Positions 8,815-17,027 of a stretch of 64,000 bases of DNA are shown piece by piece (positions within the stretch are counted from its first letter, which is position 1; the number at the start of each line of letters is the position of its first letter). The position numbers and the translations under genes are program-made. The stretch covers positions 32,001 to 96,000 of the IMG/VR virus record IMGVR_UViG_3300038530_003247, one strand, 5' to 3'. The stretch comes from a virus. Taxonomy: Duplodnaviria > Caudoviricetes. The notes under the pieces were generated by a model. That model had not been told where the DNA came from and did no database searches. It saw only the letters and a program-made list of their open reading frames with translations.

Positions 8815-9878
8815 AACTGTTAGAAAGAATTGATGAACTCTCAAAGATCGGATTGACTGATGGGGGTGTCTGTAGAAAGTCTGGATCTAAAGAGGATCAA
8901 GAGGCAAGAGATCTGGTTGTCCGATGGATGATGGAAGATGGTCTCACTGTTCAGAACGATGAACACGGGAACATCATTGGTCGTCTGGATGGTTTAGGCC
9001 CACGTATCGTGACTGGTTCTCACATCGACACAGTAGCCACCGCTGGTAAGTATGATGGTGTGTTGGGTGTTCTCGCTGGTCTGGAGGTTGCAAGGACCCT
9101 GAAGGGTTCTCTCAGGGGACCTCTGGAGGTCGTTGTGTTTGATGACGAAGAAGACACAATGAGAGGTTCTATTGGTTATACAAAGGATAAACCAGATATC
9201 AAGGCATTTTTGGAACTTCACGTTGAACAAGGTCCAGTTCTTGATGTTCAACAACTTGACATTGGTGTGGTGACTGGTATTGTTGGTCAACGAAGATGTT
9301 CATTCACTGTCAATGGTCAAGAAAATCACGCTGGAACCACACCAATGAGTATGAGGGATGATGCTCTCTACAAGGCATCGGAACTTGTTGTTTATGTCAG
9401 TGACATGGCCAATGAGATGTATGATGGTCTTGTGGCGACAGTTGGTCAACTCAATGTGTCACCAAATGCCTTCAGTGTTATTCCTGGAAGAGTTGATCTC
9501 ACCCTCCAGATAAGAGATTTGTCTGTTGAGAATATGGAAGGTTTTGTGGAGAATGTCTCAAATATGTTTGAACTTGATTATAAGGTTGAACATGCCTCAG
9601 ACCCAGCAATTTGTGATGAGGAAATCAAAGACATTATCAAGTCTGTCTCTCAAGATTTGAATTTGAAACATATTGAGATGCCATCAAGAGCATCACATGA
9701 CGCTCAAAACTTCACCTTCTGTCCTATGGGGATGATCTTTGTCCCATCCATTGGTGGTGTTAGTCATTCTCCCTTGGAGAAGACATCTGAAAAACACTGC
9801 GAGGACGGAGTAAGGGTTCTGACTGAAGTTATTAAAAAAATTGATCAAACCCGAATCAAACCATTTGGTGTGTTATAA
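8811..9878 (+). CDS. M20 Zn-dependent amidohydrolase (N-carbamoyl-amino acid / allantoate / beta-ureidopropionase family)
   Basis: GSHIDTV, GKYDG, DEE, ELHVEQG, NHAGTTPM, SRASHDAQ, GVSHSPLE. Confidence 0.9.
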   Translation: MKLLERIDELSKIGLTDGGVCRKSGSKEDQEARDLVVRWMMEDGLTVQNDEHGNIIGRLDGLGPRIVTGSHIDTVATAGKYDGVLGVLAGLEVARTLKGSLRGPLEVVVFDDEEDTMRGSIGYTKDKPDIKAFLELHVEQGPVLDVQQLDIGVVTGIVGQRRCSFTVNGQENHAGTTPMSMRDDALYKASELVVYVSDMANEMYDGLVATVGQLNVSPNAFSVIPGRVDLTLQIRDLSVENMEGFVENVSNMFELDYKVEHASDPAICDEEIKDIIKSVSQDLNLKHIEMPSRASHDAQNFTFCPMGMIFVPSIGGVSHSPLEKTSEKHCEDGVRVLTEVIKKIDQTRIKPFGVL

Positions 9879-9901
9879 TTTTATTATCCTGAGGAAAGTT
9901 G

Positions 9902-10849
9902 ATGAGTCGTAATGAATTCGTGTGGGTCGAGAAGTATCGTCCTCAAACGATTGATGAATGTATTCTTCCTGACAACATCAAGAAGACTTTCAAGGACTTC
10001 TTGGAACAGGGTGAGGTTCCAAACCTTTTGCTTTCTGGACCTCCTGGATGTGGTAAGACCACTGTCGCTAAAGCACTTTGTAATGAATTAGGAGTTGATG
10101 TTTATGTCATTAATGGATCCGATGAGGGGAGATTCCTTGATACCGTCAGAAACAATGCGAAGAACTTTGCTTCGACCGTATCGCTTTCGTCAGCTGCTAA
10201 ACACAAAGTCATCATCATTGATGAAGCAGATAACACGTCCAACGATGTACAACTCGCCTTACGGGCATTTACTGAGGAGTTTGTTGGTAACTGTCGCTTC
10301 ATCTTCACCTGTAACTACAAAAACAAAATCATCGAACCCCTCCACAGTCGATGTGCGGTCGTGGATTTTGCTATCCGTGGAAAGGACAGACAATCCCTTG
10401 CCGCAAAGTTCTTCGGAAGAATCCAAGAAATCCTCACAGGAGAAGGAGTTTCTTTCGAACCTAAAGTTCTGGCGACGCTAATTCAAAAACATTTCCCTGA
10501 CTGGAGACGTGTCCTTAATGAGTGTCAACGTTATTCCAGTAGTGGAAAGATTGATGCTGGAATCCTTGCAACCTTCTCCAATATTAAGACTGATGACCTT
10601 TTTACCTTCCTCAAGGAAAAGGACTTCCCAGCAGTGAGGAAGTGGGTTGTTGAGAACTCTGATGGTGACAGTCATCATCTGTTCAGGACCATTTATGATG
10701 GAGCTTACACTCATCTCACTGGTCCTGGTGTTGCTGCCGCTGTTCTTATTATTGCAAAGTATTTGTATCAGTCAGCCTTTGTTGCTGACCAAGAGATAAA
10801 TACACTTGCTTGTCTAACCGAAATTATGGTGGAGTGTGAATTCAAATGA
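9902..10849 (+). CDS. gp44: Clamp loader large subunit gp44
   Basis: WVEKYRP, GPPGCGKTT, IIDEAD, SRC; extended -10 TGnTATAAT at 9871. Confidence 0.96.
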   Translation: MSRNEFVWVEKYRPQTIDECILPDNIKKTFKDFLEQGEVPNLLLSGPPGCGKTTVAKALCNELGVDVYVINGSDEGRFLDTVRNNAKNFASTVSLSSAAKHKVIIIDEADNTSNDVQLALRAFTEEFVGNCRFIFTCNYKNKIIEPLHSRCAVVDFAIRGKDRQSLAAKFFGRIQEILTGEGVSFEPKVLATLIQKHFPDWRRVLNECQRYSSSGKIDAGILATFSNIKTDDLFTFLKEKDFPAVRKWVVENSDGDSHHLFRTIYDGAYTHLTGPGVAAAVLIIAKYLYQSAFVADQEINTLACLTEIMVECEFK

Positions 10850-11130
10850 ATGTAAAAGTAATGCGTACAAACATTGGTGAGGAAGTAATCTTTACCCTTA
10901 TCAATGAGGATGAGAACACCATTGAGATCGAAAACGCACTGGTTGCTGTGCCTAATGCACAGGGATCTATCGGTTTCGGTGCTTGGTCTTATCTCCAAAA
11001 GAAAGACACAACACTCACTGTCAATAAACAGTTTGTCGTTTACATTATTGAAGCGAATGATGAGGTTGTTGAAAACTATGAGAAAATCTTTTCTCCCATC
11101 CAAACCCCTAGTAAGAGCTTGATCCTATGA
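10846..11130 (+). CDS. Conserved hypothetical protein
   Basis: Coupled ORF, 94 aa. Confidence 0.7.
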   Translation: MNVKVMRTNIGEEVIFTLINEDENTIEIENALVAVPNAQGSIGFGAWSYLQKKDTTLTVNKQFVVYIIEANDEVVENYEKIFSPIQTPSKSLIL

Positions 11131-11510
11131 AAAGGGTAATTGCCTTAGCCATGTTACTTGCGGTTGGTTCTCCAGCGTTTGCAGACTACAGACAACCTGG
11201 TGGAACTCAACAGACCAACTGTTATAAAACTGTGTATCGTGAAAAGTATGTTCCTGGCACCAGAAACAACCCTGGTTATGTGAGAAAGTGGACTGAGAGA
11301 GTCAAAGTTACTTGTGAAAACCGTGGTGGTCATTATGAACATCATGAGTCTCATGTGGATGACAACTCTTGTGTTGAGGGTGCAATTCTTGGTGGGATCG
11401 CTGGCGGTGGTGCTGGTGCGGCCCTCTCTCGTGGTGATGGACGTTGGTGGGCAATCCCTCTGGGAATTGTTAGTGGATCCATGGTAGGATGTCAAATTGA
11501 TGGTGGTTGA
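11127..11510 (+). CDS. Secreted/membrane protein with C-terminal glycine zipper
   Basis: Signal peptide; GAILGGIAGGGAGAAL...WWAIPLGIVSGSMVG. Confidence 0.75.
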   Translation: MKRVIALAMLLAVGSPAFADYRQPGGTQQTNCYKTVYREKYVPGTRNNPGYVRKWTERVKVTCENRGGHYEHHESHVDDNSCVEGAILGGIAGGGAGAALSRGDGRWWAIPLGIVSGSMVGCQIDGG

Positions 11511-11516
11511 TTTATT

Positions 11517-11897
11517 ATGGAATTGAAGGATTGGTTGAATTCAATCAATAATACAAAGAAGGATCTTCTTCAGGAGGATCCCTCTTTATCGAAGGAATAT
11601 CCCCCATACATTATTAATAAGTGTTTGTCAGGTCATATGGACTCTGTTCTTTTCGCCAATGAAATGAACAAAGCCCACTTTCTTGATAAAGATATGCAAT
11701 ATTTGTTTTATCTAAATAGTCTGAGGAAACGGAGGAGATTTTCTCCTTGGGTTCGAAAAGGTAAGATTGAAGACCTAGATTGTGTTAAACAATACTATGG
11801 TTATAGTAATGAGAAGGCATCTCAAGTCCTAAAGATTTTATCTAGAGAACAAATTGACTTTATCAAGAAAAGACTTGACACTGGTGGAGTGAAATGA
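11517..11897 (+). CDS. gp62: Clamp loader small subunit gp62
   Basis: YPPYIINKCLS, NEMN, YYGYSNEKA; position. Confidence 0.92.
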   Translation: MELKDWLNSINNTKKDLLQEDPSLSKEYPPYIINKCLSGHMDSVLFANEMNKAHFLDKDMQYLFYLNSLRKRRRFSPWVRKGKIEDLDCVKQYYGYSNEKASQVLKILSREQIDFIKKRLDTGGVK

Positions 11898-12334
11898 ATC
11901 AAACGACTGAACCGCAGATCAACTGGTCTCAGGATCAAATGATCGAAGTGAGGCTGAGTGAACCGGATGACTTTCTAAAGGTAAGAGAGACTCTGACCAG
12001 AATTGGAGTTGCTTCCCGTAAGGAAAAGAAATTGTATCAATCCTGTCACATTCTGCATAAGCAGGGGAGATACTTTATTGTGCACTTTAAAGAACTTTTT
12101 GCTCTTGATGGTAAGTACGCAAATCTCACAAGTAATGATATTCAAAGACGTAATAGAATCACAAAACTCCTAACAGATTGGAACTTGATTCAGATTGTTG
12201 ATGAGGATTCAATCCTTGATATTGCTCCACTTAATCAAATCAAAGTCCTACCTTATAAGGAAAAGAGTGAGTGGGTTCTGGAACAGAAATACAACATCGG
12301 TAAAAGGTCCAAGGCAGAGGGTGAAAACCAGTAA
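11894..12334 (+). CDS. regA: Translational repressor RegA
   Basis: DDFLKVRETLTRIGVAS, LYQSCHILHKQGRY, HFKELF. Confidence 0.97.
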   Translation: MNQTTEPQINWSQDQMIEVRLSEPDDFLKVRETLTRIGVASRKEKKLYQSCHILHKQGRYFIVHFKELFALDGKYANLTSNDIQRRNRITKLLTDWNLIQIVDEDSILDIAPLNQIKVLPYKEKSEWVLEQKYNIGKRSKAEGENQ

Positions 12335-12340
12335 TAAATG

Positions 12341-12366
12341 GAGGGTTTCCAACACCCTCTTTTTTT
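12341..12366 (+). terminator. Rho-independent terminator after regA
   Basis: GAGGGT...ACCCTC + T run. Confidence 0.75.
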
Positions 12367-12389
12367 ATGCTTTCTGTTATAATTAGTAT

Positions 12390-12482
12390 GTAAGAGGTTC
12401 GGGTTCTACGGAACCCCCTTTTACGCCAAAGATGCCTTCGGGGTCTTTACTTAACATACTCGCTTACTAAGGAGATCTATGT
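12390..12482 (+). promoter_or_regulatory. Structured hsp20 5' UTR, ROSE-like RNA thermometer candidate
   Basis: Hairpins with TACG and TTCG loops, then a stem with TCGCT opposite AGGAG and ACATA/TATGT covering the start codon; TGnTATAAT at 12375. Confidence 0.55.
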
Positions 12483-12925
12483 CTACACTAGCAAGGTACA
12501 ATGTTGCCAACATCGACCAACTGGTTGATAGAATCGCAAGAAATAGTATTGGAATGGAAGACTACTTCAATCGTGTCTTCACCCATGAAACAAACAATTA
12601 CCCACCATACAATCTAGTTGCTGTAACTGAAGATGAGTTCAAACTAGAGATTGCATTGGCTGGTTTTGCTGAGACCGATGTGAAGGTCTACACAGAGAGG
12701 GGTAAACTAACCGTAGAGGGGTCTAAGGCCAATCAGACAGCTGAAGACGCATACGTCCATCGTGGACTCGCACAAAGGTCTTTCACAAGGGCTTGGACTA
12801 TCGCTGACGATACTGAGGTCAAGTCTGTTGAATTTGTGAATGGTCTTCTCACTGTCACCCTGGGTAGAATTGTCCCAGAGAAACATCAGAAGAAACTTTG
12901 GTTTGGAACCGAAGACAATTCGTAG
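12479..12925 (+). CDS. hsp20: Small heat shock protein Hsp20
   Basis: NYPPYN, IALAGF, YVHRGLAQRSF, NGLL, PE. Confidence 0.95.
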   Translation: MSTLARYNVANIDQLVDRIARNSIGMEDYFNRVFTHETNNYPPYNLVAVTEDEFKLEIALAGFAETDVKVYTERGKLTVEGSKANQTAEDAYVHRGLAQRSFTRAWTIADDTEVKSVEFVNGLLTVTLGRIVPEKHQKKLWFGTEDNS

Positions 12926-12944
12926 TGTAATCTTATACCAAAAG

Positions 12945-12961
12945 TGTATCACTATGATACA
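12945..12961. promoter_or_regulatory. Perfect palindrome TGTATCA-N3-TGATACA (GTA-N9-TAC)
   Basis: Seen directly; TATAAT at 12971. Confidence 0.45.
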
Positions 12962-12999
12962 TTTTTTCTATATAATTATGTACTTATGGAGGACGACTT

Positions 13000-13083
13000 A
13001 TGAATCTTACAGCCGCCACTCTTACAATTGGGACCGCAATGACTCTTTTTTTCAATGGGTTCCTTGGAAGCGCATTCCCCTAA
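13000..13083 (+). CDS. Hydrophobic microprotein (27 aa)
   Basis: GGAGG SD at 12988; MNLTAATLTIGTAMTLFFNGFLGSAFP. Confidence 0.55.
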   Translation: MNLTAATLTIGTAMTLFFNGFLGSAFP

Positions 13084-13125
13084 TGGTCCCCCTAGTATAG
13101 AGACCTTTTATTTTACGACACTATA

Positions 13126-13230
13126 ATGGCACTATTCGCACTCTTCTCATCTCTTACCGCAACAGCAATTTTAGCATACAAACTAACACCAAAATCAGAA
13201 GAAGAAGAAGAACTATTTCTTCCTTACTAA
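13126..13230 (+). CDS. Hydrophobic microprotein (34 aa)
   Basis: MALFALFSSLTATAILAYKLTPKSEEEEELFLPY. Confidence 0.5.
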   Translation: MALFALFSSLTATAILAYKLTPKSEEEEELFLPY

Positions 13231-13264
13231 ATAAACTGACTCTACATCCGCAAACGTAGAGAGT

Positions 13265-13291
13265 GAGGGGTCTAAACACCCCTCTTTTTTT
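13265..13291 (+). terminator. Rho-independent terminator
   Basis: GAGGGG...CCCCTC + T7. Confidence 0.75.
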
Positions 13292-13315
13292 GCATTAAAA
13301 TGATCAATAAAGCTC

Positions 13316-13684
13316 ATGATTAAACTTGTAGTTCTTAAAAGTGGTGAAGACTTGATTTGTGACGTTGAGGAGATGGTGGTGGCCGAGAAGGTCGTCGGTT
13401 ATTATCTCATCAATCCATGTGTAGCTTCAATCTCTCAAGACAAGAGAATGAGAATTACTCCCTGGAAGCCCCTCTCAAGTGATATTAGTATTCCTGTGAT
13501 TACTGATCACGTTCTCACTATCATCACCCCACAAGATGCACTTATGAATCTTTACGTTCAAACTCTGGAGAAATATGAAAATCGAAAATTTAAAAGTGGT
13601 CCTACTAGTGAACAACCTGAGGTTGGTGACACAGATCGAGGAAGTGACAGCGGATCTGGGAGAGCCAGACTGCAAGCTGACTGA
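13316..13684 (+). CDS. Conserved cyanophage hypothetical protein
   Basis: MIKLVVLKSGEDLI...PW.PLS. Confidence 0.75.
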   Translation: MIKLVVLKSGEDLICDVEEMVVAEKVVGYYLINPCVASISQDKRMRITPWKPLSSDISIPVITDHVLTIITPQDALMNLYVQTLEKYENRKFKSGPTSEQPEVGDTDRGSDSGSGRARLQAD

Positions 13685-13838
13685 ACCTTTTGTTCTGAAT
13701 GATGACGGGACTTTGTCCCCATGGTTGTTGGATGTGACCAATGACAACACATTCATGATTCTTTCTGATAAGATCTTGACTTTGTGTGACCCAACTGGTA
13801 AGATTAAAGACAAATACGATAACCTGGTGAAGGGATGA
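13575..13838 (+). CDS. Conserved cyanophage hypothetical protein preceding gp43
   Basis: GEPDCKL.EP, LSPWL, SDKILT; ATGA overlap with gp43A. Confidence 0.75.
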   Translation: MKIENLKVVLLVNNLRLVTQIEEVTADLGEPDCKLTEPFVLNDDGTLSPWLLDVTNDNTFMILSDKILTLCDPTGKIKDKYDNLVKG

Positions 13839-15295
13839 GATTTTATACGAATGTGACAGCTCTTGGAAATAACATCCTTGTCAGGGGTTATGAAAATGGT
13901 AAGTCTGTCAAGTTCAAGGAAGAGTTTTATCCTACTCTTTTTGTAAAGTCCAACAAAGAAACAAAGTATAAAACCCTTGATGGTGATCCTGTTGAACCCA
14001 TAAAGCCAGGTACCATTAGAGACTGTCGTGAGTTCTTCAAGAAGTATGATGGTGTTGATGGGTTCAAGATCTTTGGGAATGAAAAGTACATCTATCAGTA
14101 CATCTCAGAGAAGTATCCTGAAGATGAGATCAAGTGGGACATGTCGAAGATCAGTCTGGTTACGATTGACATCGAGGTCCAGTCTGAATATGGTTTCCCA
14201 GATCCATGGGAATGTAATGAGGAGATGTTGACAATCTCCATTCAGGATTACAACACCAAATCGATAACAACTTGGGGAAGGAAACCTTATTATCCTACTC
14301 AAGCCAATGTGACTTATCATCATTATTCAGATGAGCAGGAGATGCTTCGTGCTTTTCTGAATTGGTGGACGATGAACACACCAGACATTGTGACTGGTTG
14401 GAACTGTCGTCTTTATGATATTCCTTATCTCTGTGGTCGGATTAATCGCTTATTTGGTAGCAAGGTGATGAGGGAACTCTCTCCTTGGAATTATGTCAAT
14501 CATGAGGAGATCACACTCAATGGTCGTCCACATAATGTGTTTGATCTGACTGGTGTGTCTGTTCTTGACTATATGGATTTGTATAAGAAGTTTACTTATA
14601 CAAACCAAGAGAGTTACCGATTGGATTATATTGCAGAGGTTGAACTTGGACAGAAGAAGTTGGACCATAGTGAGTTTGACACATTCCGAGACTTCTATCG
14701 TGGGAACTGGAAGAAGTTCGTTGATTACAACATCGTTGACGTTGAGCTTGTTGATAGACTTGAAGATAAGTTAAGATTGATTGAACTTGTTATCACAATG
14801 GCTTACGATGGCAAAGTTAACCTCAGAGATCCAATGTTCCAAGTTAGACTTTGGGACGCTATCATTTACAACTATCTGAAGAAACATGATGTTGTGATTC
14901 CCCAGATGGACAGGTCTGAGAAAGAATCCAAATTTGCAGGTGCTTATGTTAAGGAACCGATTCCGGGAGTCTATGATTGGGTTGTCAGCTTTGACCTTAA
15001 TTCTCTCTACCCTCATCTTATTATGCAGTACAATATCTCGCCCGAGACACTTCAAGAGTCTCGACATCCCAGCGTCTCTGTTGAAAGGATCTTGAATGAG
15101 GACATCACATTCGAGATGTACAAAGACTTTGCTGTGTGTGCTAACGGAGCAATGTTCAGTAAGAAAGAGGAGGGCTTCCTCCCAAAACTCATGAAGAAGA
15201 TGTACGCTGAACGTAAAGCATTCAAGACTCAGATGTTGAAGAGTAAACAAAAGTTAGTTGACATTGAATCAGAAATCAAAAGGAGAGGATTATGA
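13835..15295 (+). CDS. gp43: DNA polymerase gp43, N-terminal half (exonuclease + palm motif A)
   Basis: ExoI DIE, ExoII GWN...YDIPY, ExoIII YNIVD, motif A SFDLNSLYP; stops in the fingers region. Confidence 0.93.
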   Translation: MRFYTNVTALGNNILVRGYENGKSVKFKEEFYPTLFVKSNKETKYKTLDGDPVEPIKPGTIRDCREFFKKYDGVDGFKIFGNEKYIYQYISEKYPEDEIKWDMSKISLVTIDIEVQSEYGFPDPWECNEEMLTISIQDYNTKSITTWGRKPYYPTQANVTYHHYSDEQEMLRAFLNWWTMNTPDIVTGWNCRLYDIPYLCGRINRLFGSKVMRELSPWNYVNHEEITLNGRPHNVFDLTGVSVLDYMDLYKKFTYTNQESYRLDYIAEVELGQKKLDHSEFDTFRDFYRGNWKKFVDYNIVDVELVDRLEDKLRLIELVITMAYDGKVNLRDPMFQVRLWDAIIYNYLKKHDVVIPQMDRSEKESKFAGAYVKEPIPGVYDWVVSFDLNSLYPHLIMQYNISPETLQESRHPSVSVERILNEDITFEMYKDFAVCANGAMFSKKEEGFLPKLMKKMYAERKAFKTQMLKSKQKLVDIESEIKRRGL

Positions 15296-15585
15296 CTAAG
15301 TTTTTGATGTTCACAAAGGAATCTTGCGGACCATGTGGTCTGGTGAAGAGGTATATCAATGCACTTAAAGATGATCGTGCTGAAGTTATTGAAGAGATTT
15401 ATCTTGAGGATGTGAGTGATGTTCCCATCCCTGAAGAGAATCTTGCACTCGCTAAGTCTTATGGTGTGACCGCGACTCCTGTTCTTGTCATTACTGATGA
15501 GGATGGAAACCACCTGGAAACTTACACTGGTGGTGTTCCCATCACACAGAACATTCGTAAGCTATGGGACAAGTATAATGTTTAA
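15292..15585 (+). CDS. Thioredoxin/glutaredoxin-fold protein
   Basis: CGPC active site, YGVTATP cis-Pro motif. Confidence 0.85.
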   Translation: MTKFLMFTKESCGPCGLVKRYINALKDDRAEVIEEIYLEDVSDVPIPEENLALAKSYGVTATPVLVITDEDGNHLETYTGGVPITQNIRKLWDKYNV

Positions 15586-15703
15586 GGAGATTACACCTGA
15601 GACATACGAAAAGATGAATGAGGAGTTTGAGGAGGAAGGTCTTTCCTTCCGAATCATTGTCCCTACTCAAGAACAAATTGATGAATGGAGGCAACGTGAT
15701 TGA
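15578..15703 (+). CDS. Small acidic hypothetical protein (41 aa)
   Basis: MFKEITPETYEKMNEEFEEEG...; coupled overlap. Confidence 0.6.
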   Translation: MFKEITPETYEKMNEEFEEEGLSFRIIVPTQEQIDEWRQRD

Positions 15704-15851
15704 CGACAATTTTAGAGACTCTTCTGTCAGAGCACAATTAGATAACATCTGCAAACTTTTGGGTGGTGAGGTGACGTATCATACTTGTTGTGATAGGACA
15801 ACTGAACATAAAAAGATCGTAATCAAGTACGATCATCGTAATAAAGAATGA
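15696..15851 (+). CDS. Small hypothetical protein (51 aa, GTG start)
   Basis: GGAGG SD at 15687. Confidence 0.6.
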   Translation: MIDDNFRDSSVRAQLDNICKLLGGEVTYHTCCDRTTEHKKIVIKYDHRNKE

Positions 15852-15863
15852 GGAGGTTTGTTA

Positions 15864-17027
15864 GTGGGATACTTAATTGGAGGTGCTGGTGAGGGAGCAG
15901 AGCAGGAGATTGTAACTTCTGATAAAGATTACTCTGGTCTTTCTAATGAACAACTTCTGAAACTTAGAGACCAGACAGTTAAAGACATCGCGAAGTTCAA
16001 CAACTTCCAGATGGTCAGAAAGATTACTCTTAACTCTTGTTATGGTGCCTTAGGTAATCAATACTTCAGGCACTTTAAACTTGCAAACGCAGAAGCAATC
16101 ACTCTGTCTGGTCAAGTGAGTATCAGGTGGATTGAGAATCGAATGAATGGATTTATCAATAAGATTCTGAAGACTGAAGATGTTGATTATGTGATTGCGT
16201 CTGATACTGACTCCATCTACATCAACTTCGGTGGAATCGTTGAATCGTTTCTTAAGAAGTTCGACGGTGATAAACAGAAGACCGTTGACATGATTGATAA
16301 GATTTGTCAGGACCAACTTGAACCATTCATTGATAAATCTTATCAACAACTTTCTGAGTATGTGAATGCATACGATCAGAAGATGCAGATGAAACGGGAG
16401 AACATTGCAGACCGTGGAATCTGGACAGCGAAGAAGAGATACATTCTCAACGTGTGGGACAGTGAGGGTGTTCGTTATGAAGATCCTAAACTAAAGATTA
16501 TGGGAATTGAGGCTGTGAAGTCATCAACTCCAGCTCCTGCTCGTAAGATGATTAAGGATGGTCTGAAGTTGATGATGGAAGCAACTGAGGATGAGATGAT
16601 TGACTTCATCGATGCATCGAGAACTCAGTTCTATAACATGTCACCAGAGGAGGTTGCCTTCCCACGTTCAGTCTCTGATGTTGATAAGCATAAATCATCA
16701 TTGAATATCTACGGAAAGGGATGTCCCATCCATGTTCGTGGATCTCTTCTTCATAACCATTACATCAAAGAGAAAGGTCTGGAGAAGAAATACTCCATGA
16801 TTAACAACGGAGATAAGATTAAGTTTGTTTATCTCAAGAAAGCAAATCCCATTAGAGAGAATGTAATTTCTTTTGCAAATGAGTTCCCGCATGAACTCGG
16901 ACTTGCCAAATATATCGATTATGAGTTACAATTTGAGAAAGCTTTCCTTGAACCAGTGAAGAACATTCTTGATGCAATTGGTTGGAGTGTTGAGAAAACT
17001 GTAAACTTAGAACTATTTTTTGGATAA
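15864..17027 (+). CDS. gp43: DNA polymerase gp43, C-terminal half (motifs B, C, thumb, clamp-binding tail)
   Basis: AGGAGG SD 7 nt before GTG; KITLNSCYG, SDTDS, KKRY, C-terminal LELFF. Confidence 0.93.
   Translation: MGYLIGGAGEGAEQEIVTSDKDYSGLSNEQLLKLRDQTVKDIAKFNNFQMVRKITLNSCYGALGNQYFRHFKLANAEAITLSGQVSIRWIENRMNGFINKILKTEDVDYVIASDTDSIYINFGGIVESFLKKFDGDKQKTVDMIDKICQDQLEPFIDKSYQQLSEYVNAYDQKMQMKRENIADRGIWTAKKRYILNVWDSEGVRYEDPKLKIMGIEAVKSSTPAPARKMIKDGLKLMMEATEDEMIDFIDASRTQFYNMSPEEVAFPRSVSDVDKHKSSLNIYGKGCPIHVRGSLLHNHYIKEKGLEKKYSMINNGDKIKFVYLKKANPIRENVISFANEFPHELGLAKYIDYELQFEKAFLEPVKNILDAIGWSVEKTVNLELFFG

Noticed and set aside
12945-12961. Canonical NtcA activating site
   Set aside because: The spacer is N9 rather than N8 and the site is too close to the -10; kept only as an unassigned palindrome.
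15296-15863. Intron or intein interrupting gp43
   Set aside because: The gap is filled by coupled ORFs, gp43B has its own SD and start, and I saw no group I core or intein termini.
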